Shown here: one piece after another, positions 11,898-23,870 of the stretch
Layout of the letters: each line of letters begins with the position of its first letter
Position numbering within the stretch: the first letter of the stretch is position 1
Assembly (NCBI GenBank): GCA_035084275.1
Contig: CM068769.1
Location: 930,001-994,000 of the forward strand
Reading direction: 5' to 3'
From: Hydrolagus colliei
Taxonomy: Eukaryota
Length of the DNA stretch: 64,000 nucleotides
Program-made: the position numbers and the translations under genes
The notes under the pieces: model-generated
Told to the model about the DNA's origin: nothing
The model's database searches: none
Seen by the model: the letters and a program-made list of their open reading frames with translations, nothing else

Positions 11898-12230
11898 TCA
11901 TGAAAGGTTAAATGCACACATCAAATCCCTACCCATCAGATTACAACTCATTTGTTTTGATGATGTTATCACAAACGGATGGTACAGAGAATGGCCTCGC
12001 CATGTAACTTTAATTGGTTTAGAAATGGGACAATTAGTTCGTGACCCTCCAAATCCAGCTAATGTCTCCTTGCGATTAGATATTGGGATAGCAGGTTGCC
12101 TATGGAGGGAGGAGAATGTAGCACCTGAATCCACTAAAAATGGGACTGATTGTCCCTGTATCTCTAGGACCAGGGTTGGTTCCGATACTATTATTTGCTC
12201 CCCATCCCCGTGGTCTGGGAGCGGAGAACT
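11898..12230 (-). pseudogene. pro: ERV-A aspartic protease
   Basis: FLVDSGATFS active site and NLMGRDL; in frame with both the gag stop (12231-12233) and pol, with a TGA at 11898-11900. Confidence 0.92.
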
Positions 12231-14133
12231 TCATGACCCTGGGGAAAAATACTCATTCGATTCGCACCACTGACCCACAGGGTATTGTCCTGTTCCTTGA
12301 GGGTACTGTCCTTGAGGACCCTGTGTAGCGGACTGAGGACCCATAGGGTATTGTCCTTGAGGACCCTGTGTTGGGGACTGAGTGTGGGGACCATTATAGT
12401 ACAAAGGACCGGTGTAACCTCCCTTTGGGAACCCCTGTCCCTTGTGGGCCTCCCCCTCCTCGTTGTAACCCCCCTCCACCCCTTTGAGGACCTCCTGAAT
12501 TGTATGGTTGGGGGTAATACGAAGAATATGAAGGGGGTGGTGGTGGGCCATATGGAACCTGTCCATATTGATCCTGTGGCTGTATATAATTTGGAAATTC
12601 ATTTCTCCAATGTCCGGGCTGATAACAATTAAAGCAGACTTGCTGTCCTTGATTCCGACCACCTTTACCTTTTCCACTGTACCGACTCCTACCTCTAGGG
12701 CCGTTACCGTTACCCTCCCGTTGTTCGCCGTGGAACCCTTGAGGGAACGTAGGCGCAGAATCACTTATTACTGGAGCCTGAAAGAATTGTTCCTCTTTTA
12801 TCTTGGGAACAAGAGCTCGTTCTTCCAAATTGTCCTTCCAGAAATGTTTTACAGTCCTGTTAATACCTGCCACCGACAATGGGACCCAATCCAAATTAGT
12901 TCTTACCGATGAAGAAACCGAGGGCGGCAAACATTTCATTAACATGGAACAATACTGAGGAGACTCGCCATCACCATTAAATCCTGTCTCTCCTGAGTGT
13001 GTCGAATATACATCCTTAAACCTACTGAGGAAATCCTCAGCCGTTTCTGCTTTCTTTGGCTTCTGGTCCAGTATTTTACTTATATCTATTGGCTTTTGCA
13101 GGCATACAGCCAGGGCGTCCCTTATAGCCTGTTTTCTTGCTACATCATTATCTGCTACATGGGCCAGTAAAGCCTCGTGATCGGTCTGGTGAATAGATTC
13201 TTTAACTTTCGCATATTGACTTCTTCCCAAGCTACTCTGGACAAGACTCCACATATCCCTACTATTTCCCCCATACACTTGAATGACAGACTCTACATGC
13301 TCTATAAATCGTACTTGTTCGGTGTCCTTACTAGGTGCTCCCATTAACAAGGACATCATTTCATGAGGTTTCCATGGTGCATATACTTCTATTGTGGGCT
13401 CCTGGTTATCCTCACCCCCCCTGGGGTTAGGGACTGTTCACATAGGAAACATTTTAGGAGTCGTATGACTAAGTTCCTTAACTGACTCATCTCCATCCGT
13501 ATTACTATTTTGGCGCTTCTTATCATGTGATCGAGTGTGCTCCGCTGGGCCCCCTGAATATCCTTGCTCTCTAGGTTTTATTTGTCTGGGCTTGACCAAT
13601 GGGACTATTGGGGCTGACGGGGATATTAAATTTTCAGTCAACGGGGAAGCTACATATGGTGGAGGTATTCCGGGATATATCGGTCGGGGCGGCAGACCCC
13701 ATCTGTTTAGTGAGTCATCACTGTCGGCACTATCTATGCACATTTGTGTCAATTGGGCGCTTAGCGTCCTAAATTCTAACGACTTCTGTTCTTCCGCTTC
13801 CCTCTCTTTCTTCTTACATACCTCTTCCCTTAATTTATCCAGTGGTTTACACACCACATCATGGGTAATGCAAATACCTCGTTTCTCCGCGGTGTTCTGC
13901 CAACTAGATAATACTTCCTTTGCCTGTTTCTTTTTACTTTCCTCTAACCATATCCGCATAATTATTCGACACCTTTTATACCTGTCTTTCTTCCATACTA
14001 ATTCGTATACTTTTGTTAACACTGTGACGTCACTTGAACCTCCCAGAGGCCAAACAGTTTCTCCTAGCTGATTGTTCAGCTGGCCCGAAACCAAACGTAA
14101 TTCTTTTCGATTTTCCGGTAGTATTTTACACAT
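12231..14133 (-). pseudogene. gag: ERV-A gag (defective)
   Basis: MA ORF 13438..14133 continues in frame past one TGA (FPM*TVPNP...EVYAPWKPHEM) into CA. Single zinc knuckle CFNCYQPGHWRNEF (last Cys lost). Frameshift in the Gly/Pro/Gln-rich tail. Confidence 0.9.
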
Positions 14134-14315
14134 AGACGTGAGGGGACATGGCCCCTCAGTTTAACCACAATATTACCCATATTAGTTCTTATACTTTAAA
14201 TATTTTTCTTATGCTTTACTATTTTATTTGTCAAGACAGTAATTCCTTATACTTTACGGTAACAACCTTATACTCTAAATAAACAACCTTATACTCTGAA
14301 TCAGTGCACCTTCCT

Positions 14316-14450
14316 AACCTGCTGCAACCAGCTTGTACGCCTTTTTTATTCCGTCGACGGTCCTTACGTCGGTAAGTTTGTAACCTGCTGCACTCAGCTT
14401 GTACGCCTTTTATATCCCGTTAACGGTCCTTACCCCAGTAAGATTTCAAC
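14316..14450 (-). repeat. ERV-A leader tandem repeat (2 x ~66 bp)
   Basis: aacctgctgca...cagcttgtacgcctttt...cggtccttac repeated at 14316 and 14382. Confidence 0.85.
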
Positions 14451-14663
14451 TGAATCCACACATACCAACCTTTTCTTATTTCGATCTCATTAACAACTGC
14501 CAGTTACGAATACGGTTGGTGCATCCCCGGAAGCCTATTACATAGGTGAAAAACACTGAGAGTATTCAAAAATAAATGATATACTCACTGTGCTGGCCAA
14601 TTTCACTTAGGTAAAAACCCAGGGATTGTCCCGCCGTCTACGCACTGTCTTAGTTGTCAGGAG

Positions 14664-14681
14664 ATCCCATCCTCGTCGCCA
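14664..14681 (-). other. ERV-A primer-binding site, tRNA-Ser(GCT)
   Basis: TGGCGACGAGGATGGGAT is an 18-nt complement of the 3' end of vertebrate tRNA-Ser(GCT) (...ATCCCATCCTCGTCGCCA), 2 nt from the LTR. Confidence 0.92.
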
Positions 14682-14683
14682 AA

Positions 14684-15178
14684 TGTGAAACTCCGATTCG
14701 TCTCAGTCCCGTGGTTGGTGGTCTTGTTCACAAATATGTGACGCGGTGTGTGATTCAACCAGTTTAATCAGCGTTTGCAAAGCTTTACACTGGGTTGCTA
14801 CAGAATCTCGTCCGTTGACTCCAAAGTGTACCCCAAATACTTTAACACATGCACCTTTATACAGTTTCAATCCTTTGTCTGCCATAAATGGGCATGATTA
14901 CATATTGATTACCTTATCCGGTCAGTAACTCATTGCCTACCAAATAAGGACATGTTTATGCTATTTATATATGATTAATGTTAATTTAAATATATATATA
15001 TGGCCTTGCCATTGTTCTTGGAGTATATGAGATATAGGCCAGCTGCGTCTTACAATGACAGGATAAGCATCCACAAAAACAAGATAACAGATAAGCACAC
15101 AAGATACAGGATGAGCACACAAGAGCGTCTTACAATGACAGGATAAGCATTCACAAAAAACGATGAGCTGACATCTCA
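14684..15178 (-). repeat. ERV-A 5' LTR (495 bp)
   Basis: Pairs with 6262-6845; about 10 substitutions counted by eye in the first ~400 bp. Confidence 0.95.
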
Positions 15179-18103
15179 CTTCCATGTTGTAGAGTGCATC
15201 ATCGCATCTTCGAGACATATCAAAGTGCATCACAGAACATTTTGGAACACGAATCGACTGGATGTTTTGTGCTCAAAATGCGGCAGCCTTTTCTACACAT
15301 CAGTGAACCTCAAACAGTCGTGGGTCGAGTGGCAAGCATCTACTGCCTCCCATTCCTTCCACGCACTGCGTAAATTCTCACTGTTACAGCATTGCTGCAT
15401 CTCACAATTCACCAGCCCAGGGAACTCTCTGATCGCTACCGTGTGTGTGTTTGAGTGTAGGGGCAGAGGAGGCATTCGACTTGTTAAGTGCCATGTCTGT
15501 TTGTCGCTCTGTGTGTGTGTGTATGTGTATGTGACTGTGGTAACTATGTACCTCGCTCGCTTGCTCTACCTTTCTCTCTCGGTGCCTATGACAGGAGAGG
15601 CAGTGAAGTGGTTAGTGTTTGCCGTGTGTTTAATTGCTTGCGTGATAATCTCGCTCTCTCTGTCTGAGTGAATGTGATGGGGAGGTTAAGATGGAATGAG
15701 TGTGTGCATACCCTGATCTCTCAGTGTGTGTGTGTGTGTGTGTGCCGCTCAGTCTCTGCCTCACCCTTTGTCGGCACAATGGCTGTTCTATGTCTCTCAT
15801 CTTCACGTATAACGATTGGCGTTTAGGTTTTTGAGGCGATCTACTGCCCATCTCTCTCTGGAAATCCAACCCAGAGCCGCTACGCAACGCCTGCTGCATG
15901 ACTCGGCTCAAGACTGTGCACTTTGACCCGGGTAACGCGCTTGATCAAACATGTCGATGTTTATCACAAACAAAAACAGAAGTTGCTGGGGAAAGTCAAC
16001 AGGTGAGGCAGCATCCATGGAGAAAGCAAAGCGAGTCAACGCTTCGGGTCCACGATCCTTCGTCAGAATTGGGGCTTGGTGTGGAGGGAGAGAATTTTCA
16101 AGGACGTTAGATGTGGGGAGGCATCAAATGGAAGACAAAGGAGACAAGTATGACAAATGAACAAGAGTGTGTTAACTGATGGGTTGAAAATGTGATAACG
16201 CTGTGAGGGGGAGAAACAAAAGGAGGTGGGAGTAAACGACCTGACTATTCAGCGCCTTGGGACGTCTTCCCGATGTGAACGACCGTAGTTGAATACCTCA
16301 ACTAAAAGATCGCCCGCCAAAGCAACAAGTCCCCAGCAAAACATTCAAATCGCAATTTGTCTTAGTAAGAGACTCACGTGCACACAATGAGCCAGACTGA
16401 AATCTTTCTAAAATGTACCTCAGTTCATAACCAGATACTTGAAATAGCTGAAATTCATATTGGAATTGTATGGAGCGCTAACCAATTCACCATTAGATGG
16501 TTAAACTTCAGCAGTAATTGCAGCCCCACTGCTGGAGTTCGAAGGCGATACTTCCCATTTCTACCAATACTCTCAATCTGGTATTTGAAACCATTATGTC
16601 ATAATAATAATCCTGATCAAACTGATCGTTCCTTATCATTTCTTCAAAACGCACACAACAACGCTCATACAAATTATCTTATAGCGATATTTTTATCGTG
16701 AATTTTTGGTTGAAACATAAGGATATAACCAAACTCTAGATCAATAAATAGGCATTTAGTTCGCATTCCATCTTTCTACTTGTTGGAATCATATATGCCC
16801 GTGAACAACATATATACTAAGTTACGATAATTCCTAAAATACACCTAACCTCTATCCTCAATCAACACACAGATCCTAAACAAATTCCTTAGGGAATATT
16901 TTCCACAGCTTTATTGTTTGATCTTGGAATAGTGTTTCTGTGCATTCGAAATACACGAGACACTTTGCACACAGTAAACGCAAGATTAATCCATAACGTG
17001 AGTGAACAATTTTATCTGTGGGACTGTTGGCCAGGAAAATTACAAAATCTCCCTCCACTATTTGAAATGGGAGCTGGGATATTGTGGCATCCACATATAC
17101 AGACAGCCGGAACCTACGTTTAACAGCTACTTCGTAAATACAATGCATCACACAGACGCACATACATACATACACACAATCAGAGTTAAAGAGAGAGAGA
17201 GATAGACAGAGATAGAGACATTTAGAGAGAAAGGTTTAAAAAGGGAGACACGCACACACAAACACAAAATGCACACACACACAGATGCGCACACACACTG
17301 GGAAAGACACATACACATGTGTCGACATTAACACAAAAAATATGAGAGAGAGGGGCAGAGAGAGAGACAGAACGGGTTAGATGCAGCCAAAGAGTCAAAT
17401 ATGTTAAAGCGAAAGAGGAGAGACAGACACAAACACATACACAGGAAGTGTATACCGAGCAATACATTTAACCCATCAATATTTTACTCATTGGCGGCTG
17501 ATAAGCATTTCACAACAAGGTCTATACAACGCAAGGCAGTATATTGGAATTGTATGGCAGCATTATCCTTTGTGGAAAACGTTATCAACTTTAACGGGTT
17601 AATCTACAGCAGTGACCTCAGCGACCTGGACACACTGTTGTTACAAAGCCTTTATCCCTCCCAAGCTGTAACCAATGCTGTAGGTAATCGGTTCAATGCT
17701 GGTGAGTATTCCCGTGTGTAGACAATGTACACACACACTCCAGGCTGGGGAATACAGTGTGTAGGTGGGGGACGCACATTCACATTTACATCTCTCTGAT
17801 GGTTTAGATACTTTAACAACAACACATTGCACTGACACACGGTGGCGTGTGTGGTGTTGTTGGCCTGGGTGTCATGATGGAATGGGCACCCAGCTTCCCC
17901 TAAATCGCATCATTGGGGTGAATTGCGTAACTGACTTTCAGACATGATTTTCTTTGCACACGGCACAAACTCATCCAGGATCGCGAGGTAAAATTGCTCA
18001 ATGAAGCGCTCCCCACTTTCCGTTAAATAACACCACGGTTGATGCTCTTGTTTTTTGTGTGCGTTGTTTTATTAAGAAGAGAACTCACTTTATCACCAGG
18101 AAG

Positions 18104-19924
18104 ATGCACAATTCGATAATTTGGAGACTAAAATTAATTTACTACCCGATTCTCGCTGCTGTTGGAATTCCTGGCAAGTGATTCATCCATTTCAGTATTT
18201 AGGTTAGTATGCAGTAAAGTTTGTAGCCTGACACAGTTTAACAATCTCACCTTTCAATCGCAAATGTTGGGTTGTGTAATGCTTGAAATTCCCTGTTGCC
18301 ATATTTCGGGATACTGACCAATCACGTTCAAATTAATTGAGAGGAAGTGAGTTCTTAACTGAGTGCGGTAGCGAGAATAAAACCATAATAAGACATCTCC
18401 AGTTTGCCTGCTTAGATATGAGATAGAAGGGCGCAATTGAAAAGAGAAAATAGATCATGTGAACGTGATGGAATTTTGATTGTGTGATTTTGTTTATGAT
18501 GCAATATAATACTAATTTATGTGTCTCCTTGTATCTCTGTGCCTCTCTCAGTGCGTCTGTGTATAACGCTCTGTGCAGTTGTGTCTCTGCATCTTCCATT
18601 CCTTCTATGTCTGTGACAGTCTCTATCTGAACTGGTATAGTTCTTTCTGCCGACTAAAATAACTGTGTATTTGTGACTTTCTGACTGAATCTAGTTTTCT
18701 CTACATCGTCCTGTGGATCCATTCTTTGCTTGTTTCTCTTTTTCCCTCTCTGCGTGTCAGTACATCTCCATCTGTCTGTGGATCTCTCTCTGTCTCTGTA
18801 TTTGCGTGTGATTGTGTTACGTGGTGATGGGCAGCGAGCCAGATATTTCTCCATCTCCCGTTGATTCCGCAAAATAGTGACTTCAGGTGGGAGAAGCGAA
18901 TGTAACCCAACAGAAAGTCCAGCACAAAATATATATTTAATGAGCATAAAATCAACTGAAGAAATTGGGTATTATAACTGGTCATTTTCCCCTCTCTCTC
19001 TCTGTAGCTAACATGGTGGCCATTGTGATACTGTCCCGAGGAAGGTGCGGTCTCTCCAAATGTGTCTCTCACTATTTGCTTGCCATGTCAGTGGCTGATC
19101 TGATGGTGGTAATTTTCTCGGTGATTTTCTATCGCAGTGTACTTTATTACTTCCCATATTTGTTCGTGGACATCACTCATGTTTGCCGGCTACTATCTGT
19201 ACTGCGCTATGCAGCACCGGCCATCTCTGTCTGTCTAACTGTGGCTTTCACCTTTGATCGATATGTCGCCATCTGCTGCCAACAACTGAAAACTAAATAT
19301 TGCACCGAAAAAACAGCTGCTGCAGTGATAGCGGGGCTGAGCGTGTTCTTCATTGGGGAGAGCATTCCCTGGTATTTTTCCGTTGAACCACGTTACATAC
19401 ATAACAATACATCGTGGGGATGTGTTGCTAAACTAAGCTATTTCTCGTTTCTCCCATGGATAGTGTATGACCTCCTCGACCTTATGTTAACCCCGATTCT
19501 CCCATTCGTTGTGATTCTGCTGCTCAACGCCCTGACTGTCAGGCACATCCTGGTGGGCATTCGAGCCCGCAGGAGATTGCGCGGACACAGTGATGGGGAC
19601 AGGGATAGCGGTGAGAGAGATAGTGATCCAGAAATGAAGAGCCGAAGGAAAGCCATTGTTTTACTGTTTGCGATATCAGGCAATTTTATACTGTTATGGT
19701 TGATATATACTTTATTTTTCCTGTACTGGAGAATTTCAGGGTCAAGTTACTTCTCAGGCAACAATGATCCTTTGTACATTGTTCGTCAAACTGGCTTCAT
19801 GTTGCAGCTTTTGAGCTCCTGTACGAACACATGCATTTACGCTGTTACCCAGACTCAATTCAGAGAGGAGATTAAGAGAGCGTTGACATTTCCGTTTATA
19901 CTAATTCTTAAATTATGCCATTAG
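18104..19924 (+). CDS. Class A 7TM GPCR, GPR139-like family; exon 1 18104-18173, exon 2 19008-19924, 328 aa
   Basis: Exon 1 MHNSIIWRLKLIYYPILAAVGIP joins in phase 1 to ANMVAIVILSRGRCGLSKC. FDRY motif, seven hydrophobic helices, TM7 CTNTCIY, no stops. Donor is G|GCAAGT, acceptor ctgtag|. Confidence 0.9.
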
Positions 19925-21524
19925 CGATACCACCAAAATCTATTTTGAAGATAGAGAACAGCTCCAGCTTCACTGTACGTTCATATTCCCAGGTCAGGAA
20001 TAGATTCAAAATAAAGCTCCGTCAACAATAACAATAAATGTTGTTTGTTTAGCGCCTATTAGTTAAGAAGGACGTCCAAATGGCGTTGTTGACAGACAAG
20101 GTAAAGCTCTCGCTACACTGTCAATCAGCATATAGTTGTGATTTAACTATCATATAGAGGATAATTATATAAATTTGTTTTCTCTTCAAACTAGTCTTCA
20201 TCTCTTTACTCAAACGCTCTGGCGTTCCTGAAGCAAATCGCATCTGTTTTGTTCTAGTTTCAGAAATATTGGGAACCTAGACCTGGTGCATGTGTTTGCG
20301 TGGTTTCAAACCACTGCCTCTGAGTGAATGCTGAAATCACAGATAGAATACCGTCAATATAATGTTAATGTTAGCCAGTGCAAATGTAACCCCAGACCAA
20401 GGAGCCAGATAACTAACATACATCTGCAAATAAAACAGCTGAAATTGGCAACAGAAAAAATGGTGAACATAACTCAAAATCACTGTCACAGTGAAATGCT
20501 TCTGATTGGTAATGCTGATGGTTATCTACAGATAATTACCCCAAAATGTCCAACAGTATTTCACACTATTCTCCCAAATGTGCTGTTCGTGAACTTTTTG
20601 CCGAGTTGTTACAAATAAAGATTTATGTTTTGATCACATTCCGCAAAACTTCTCATTTTAAGGCAGAAGGGTTTATTGTTGATGCAAGTGAGCTCTGCTA
20701 TGTGTTCGGAGGTTTCCACGAGTGATCAACGTATCAATAAAATTCAGTTATACGTAATATGAAGGTAATGGATTTGTGTTTTAATTTTCAATTTCATGAG
20801 CCTGAATGCCTTATTTCCAGTAAGGTTCTTCAATAAATGTGTTTTGAGGCAAACGCGGGATTATTGTATCGTCACTTCACTACAAAATTTGGCAGAATAT
20901 AATATCACGGCATGATAGTTTTCGATTCAAACAACGATTCTAAATGTTTTATCTGGTACATCACGTTAACAACGCCACACCACAGCTGATATCCTGGACT
21001 CGCACACATAAGTGGAAAATTGGCTACCAATATATAGTGTATATTTACTATATGTTCCAAGCAATAATGTTACGTGTGTTTGATTAATTTTAATTAATAT
21101 TAGGCCATTGCTTATTCTTGAACGGCCTGTAATACTTGCTCAAGTTTCCCTGCCGTTGTGGAGATTGTATTGCGGTAAACACTGCACTCCGATGTCCAAA
21201 GTGACAGCCCGCAAACAGCCACTCCGATAACTCAAGAAATAATTACCGGCAAGGACACAGGCAGAAACTCGCTTCCCTTCTCAAATTGTCTTGTGGGATT
21301 TCCAATGGGATACCAACAATTCCACTGATACCACTGTGGTTATTCTTCCTCAAGTGAATCAATTCATCATTGAATGTTGACCTTGTTGAGGAAGTGGATT
21401 GTCTAAAAGATGCTGAAGAAAGTTGGCATGGTGTGTGTTTGAAATGGGACCAAACAACGTAACTGGGCTAATCACACAAGATCGTAGAAGACCCAGACAT
21501 CACAGGATTATCGAATTATAGAAA

Positions 21525-21725
21525 CTTACGGTACACAAGGAGGCAATTCGGACCATCGAGTATCAGCCAGCTCTTTAAAAAGAGCACTTTAATCCCATTG
21601 CCCAGCTTTCTCTCTCCCCGTAACTTCGCAAAGCCGTCCTCCCCAACTAAAGGTCTACCTCTCTTTTAAAGGTTGTTATCGAACCAGCCTCCATCATCGT
21701 TTTAGGCAGTGCATTCCAGATGCTT
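21525..21725 (-). mobile_element. CR1 LINE 3' fragment
   Basis: Reverse of the CR1 3' UTR (gaggcaattcggaccatcgag...gctctttaaaaagagc). Confidence 0.65.
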
Positions 21726-21809
21726 TCAGTCAGAGCTTTCCCAGATTATCAGAGTAAGAAAATATTGTAATTTTAGATAGAGTCTTTGACCATGGAAATG
21801 GCAACAACT

Positions 21810-21890
21810 GCTGCGGTGGCGGAGGGTTTAAGATATTGGACTTGAAAACCAATGGGATTTTCCCACGCGGTTCGAATCCTCCTCGCAGCG
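21810..21890 (+). pseudogene. tRNA-Ser(TGA) pseudogene
   Basis: GCTGCGGTGGCGGAGGGTTTAAG..TTGGACTTGAAAACCAATGGG...GGTTCGAATCCT.CTCGCAGCG; acceptor stem pairs, D and T arms mutated. Confidence 0.75.
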
Positions 21891-22157
21891 TTTTTGAAAT
21901 GGAATCTGCTGCAGCCGAATAATTGGAGGCGTGGTCGACGTGAGAACAAACTTTGTGTTATTTCTTCATTGCTGCGTCTGATTTGACCCGTTTCCATTTG
22001 CAGTTGTAGGAATCTCAAGTCGAAAACCGAAATAGTTTGTGCTGATCGACACTAGAAGGAAGGCAAATACATTGCAGCATCAAATGACACTGTCAACATA
22101 CGCCAATTGCCATGTTTCCCAACATAATATCAATCGTTGCATTTTATATAGAATCTT

Positions 22158-22461
22158 GGAGTCCTGTATCTCAGCGGTTAGAGAACTCGCCTTACAATTC
22201 TGTGACCTGTTTTTCGAATCCAGGCAGATCACGGCGAAACTTTGGGCAAGTTTCCTTACTCCAACTCGCGCCTAATAATAATCCTTCCAAAACAAACGAC
22301 AATAATAAAATTGGTCATGTCAATACATGAATGTTTGCGTGTACACTGCTGTGCGCGATTGGCGGCTACGCTTCGCCCACGAATATACAGTCAATTCAAT
22401 TTACAGTTTATTTTGTGAAGCGCTATGTGACGCCGAGAAAATGTGAAAAGCGCAATATAAA
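22158..22461 (+). mobile_element. tRNA-derived SINE
   Basis: tRNA-like head (tctcagcggttagag...ttcgaatccaggcag) plus the family body and L2-like tail. Confidence 0.8.
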
Positions 22462-22880
22462 GAACGTAAGAACGTAAGAATTAGGAGGACGCTCACGTTT
22501 GGCGCCTCGAGACTACCCCGTCATTTGATAAGATCATGGCTAGTCTACTGAACTAACTCTAATTACCTGCCCTATTCCATATTCCCTAATCTCTCTATTA
22601 AAAAAAAATCCATCAGTCTCAGCCTTGAAAGTGTGCAAGGACTGAGCTTTTCCAGCCTTCTGGGTAGCGAATTCGATAAATTCCATAAACTCACTACCCT
22701 CTGAGTGTAGAAATGTTTCCTCTACGCTGTTCTAAAAAGTTGAACGTTAACTTCAGGAATATGATCCCTCGTTATAGATTCTGCTACCAGTGGAAATTTG
22801 CTCTTTGCCTACATTATCTAGCCCTTTAAGAATCCTTATGTTTCAAGAAGATCTCCCCTCATTCTTCTAAATAATAAATT
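22462..22880 (-). mobile_element. CR1 LINE fragment
   Basis: Begins with the reverse tail aagaacgtaagaacgtaagaattaggag; continues as CR1 3' ORF2/UTR. Confidence 0.65.
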
Positions 22881-22889
22881 AGCTCCGAC

Positions 22890-23870
22890 ACACACAAACA
22901 AACCACCGCACCCACAAGCCTACCCCGTGCACATACACACACAAACATACCACCCCCCCACACACAACTACACACACAGAAAACTATCCTCCCATAGACA
23001 AAAACCTAACTCCCCACTCAAAAACCTAACACCAGTTCTCCTCCTGTTTAAGACAAACGGAGCAAAACACGCACAAACCTACGCAACCCCACACACAAAC
23101 CTATCTATCACAAACATACGGGATGCCAGCACCACACACGCAAACCTACGAACCCCAAACAAACGACGATCAGCCCCACACACAAACCTTACCCCTGCTA
23201 CACACAAACCAAAACCCCCACCCCACATACATACAAACCTACACCCTCACATGTAAAAAAAACTACCCACTCACCAACACAAACTTACACCATCCCAAAC
23301 CCAAAAATATCCCCTTCCACCCGCGCTCAAAATTAGCAACCTCCCCCGCCCCCACAAACATACCCTCGCACAAAAATACAAACTTTCCCCATCAACGCAT
23401 CCAAACCTACACGCCAACAAAAATGTACCCAAATGTACCCAGAAGGGTGGCAGAGATTTGAGAGGGGAGGCAGAGAGTTGGCAGCGGAGTAAGAGAATTT
23501 AGAGGAAGAGAGATTTGGAAATGGAGGAGAGATTTGGGACGATGAGAGAGTTGGAAGGGGAGGGAGAAAGTTGGATGGGGAAGGAGAGTATTGGGCGGGA
23601 TGGGACAGAGTTGTGAGAGGAAGGATACAGCTGGGAGAGGAGAGTGCGAGAGTTGGGTAGGTGGAGCGAGAGAGATGTAAGTGGGAGGGAAAGAATTGGG
23701 AGGGGAGAGAGCAGGGATAGGAGGGAAATGGGAGGGGAAACAGAGATATTTAGAGCAGGGAGAGATTTGGGCATGGAGGGAGAGAGTTGTGAGGGTAGAG
23801 GAAGATATTTGGGAGGGGAGGGGGAGAGAGTTGGGAGGCAGATGATGGGTGAGGAGGAAACTAGAAGCTA
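22890..23870. repeat. Low-complexity CA-rich then GA-rich tract
   Basis: Directly visible; explains the spurious P/T/H- and G/R/E-rich ORFs here. Confidence 0.85.

Larger units (their letters stand above)
6262..15178 (-). mobile_element. Full-length endogenous retrovirus (ERV-A), epsilon-like class I
   Basis: Paired LTRs with TG...CA ends, 4-bp TSD CTTC (6258-6261 and 15179-15182), PBS, PPT and gag-pro-pol-env in order. Confidence 0.97.

Noticed and set aside
15225-15960. ORFs and an exon-like segment with a GTGAGG donor next to the ERV-A 5' LTR
   Set aside because: No consistent frame or recognisable domain; embedded in microsatellites and old repeat fragments.
21100-21480. Protein-like minus-strand frame (SGISGIVGIPLEIPQDN)
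   Set aside because: Short, no start or splice support, no family recognised.
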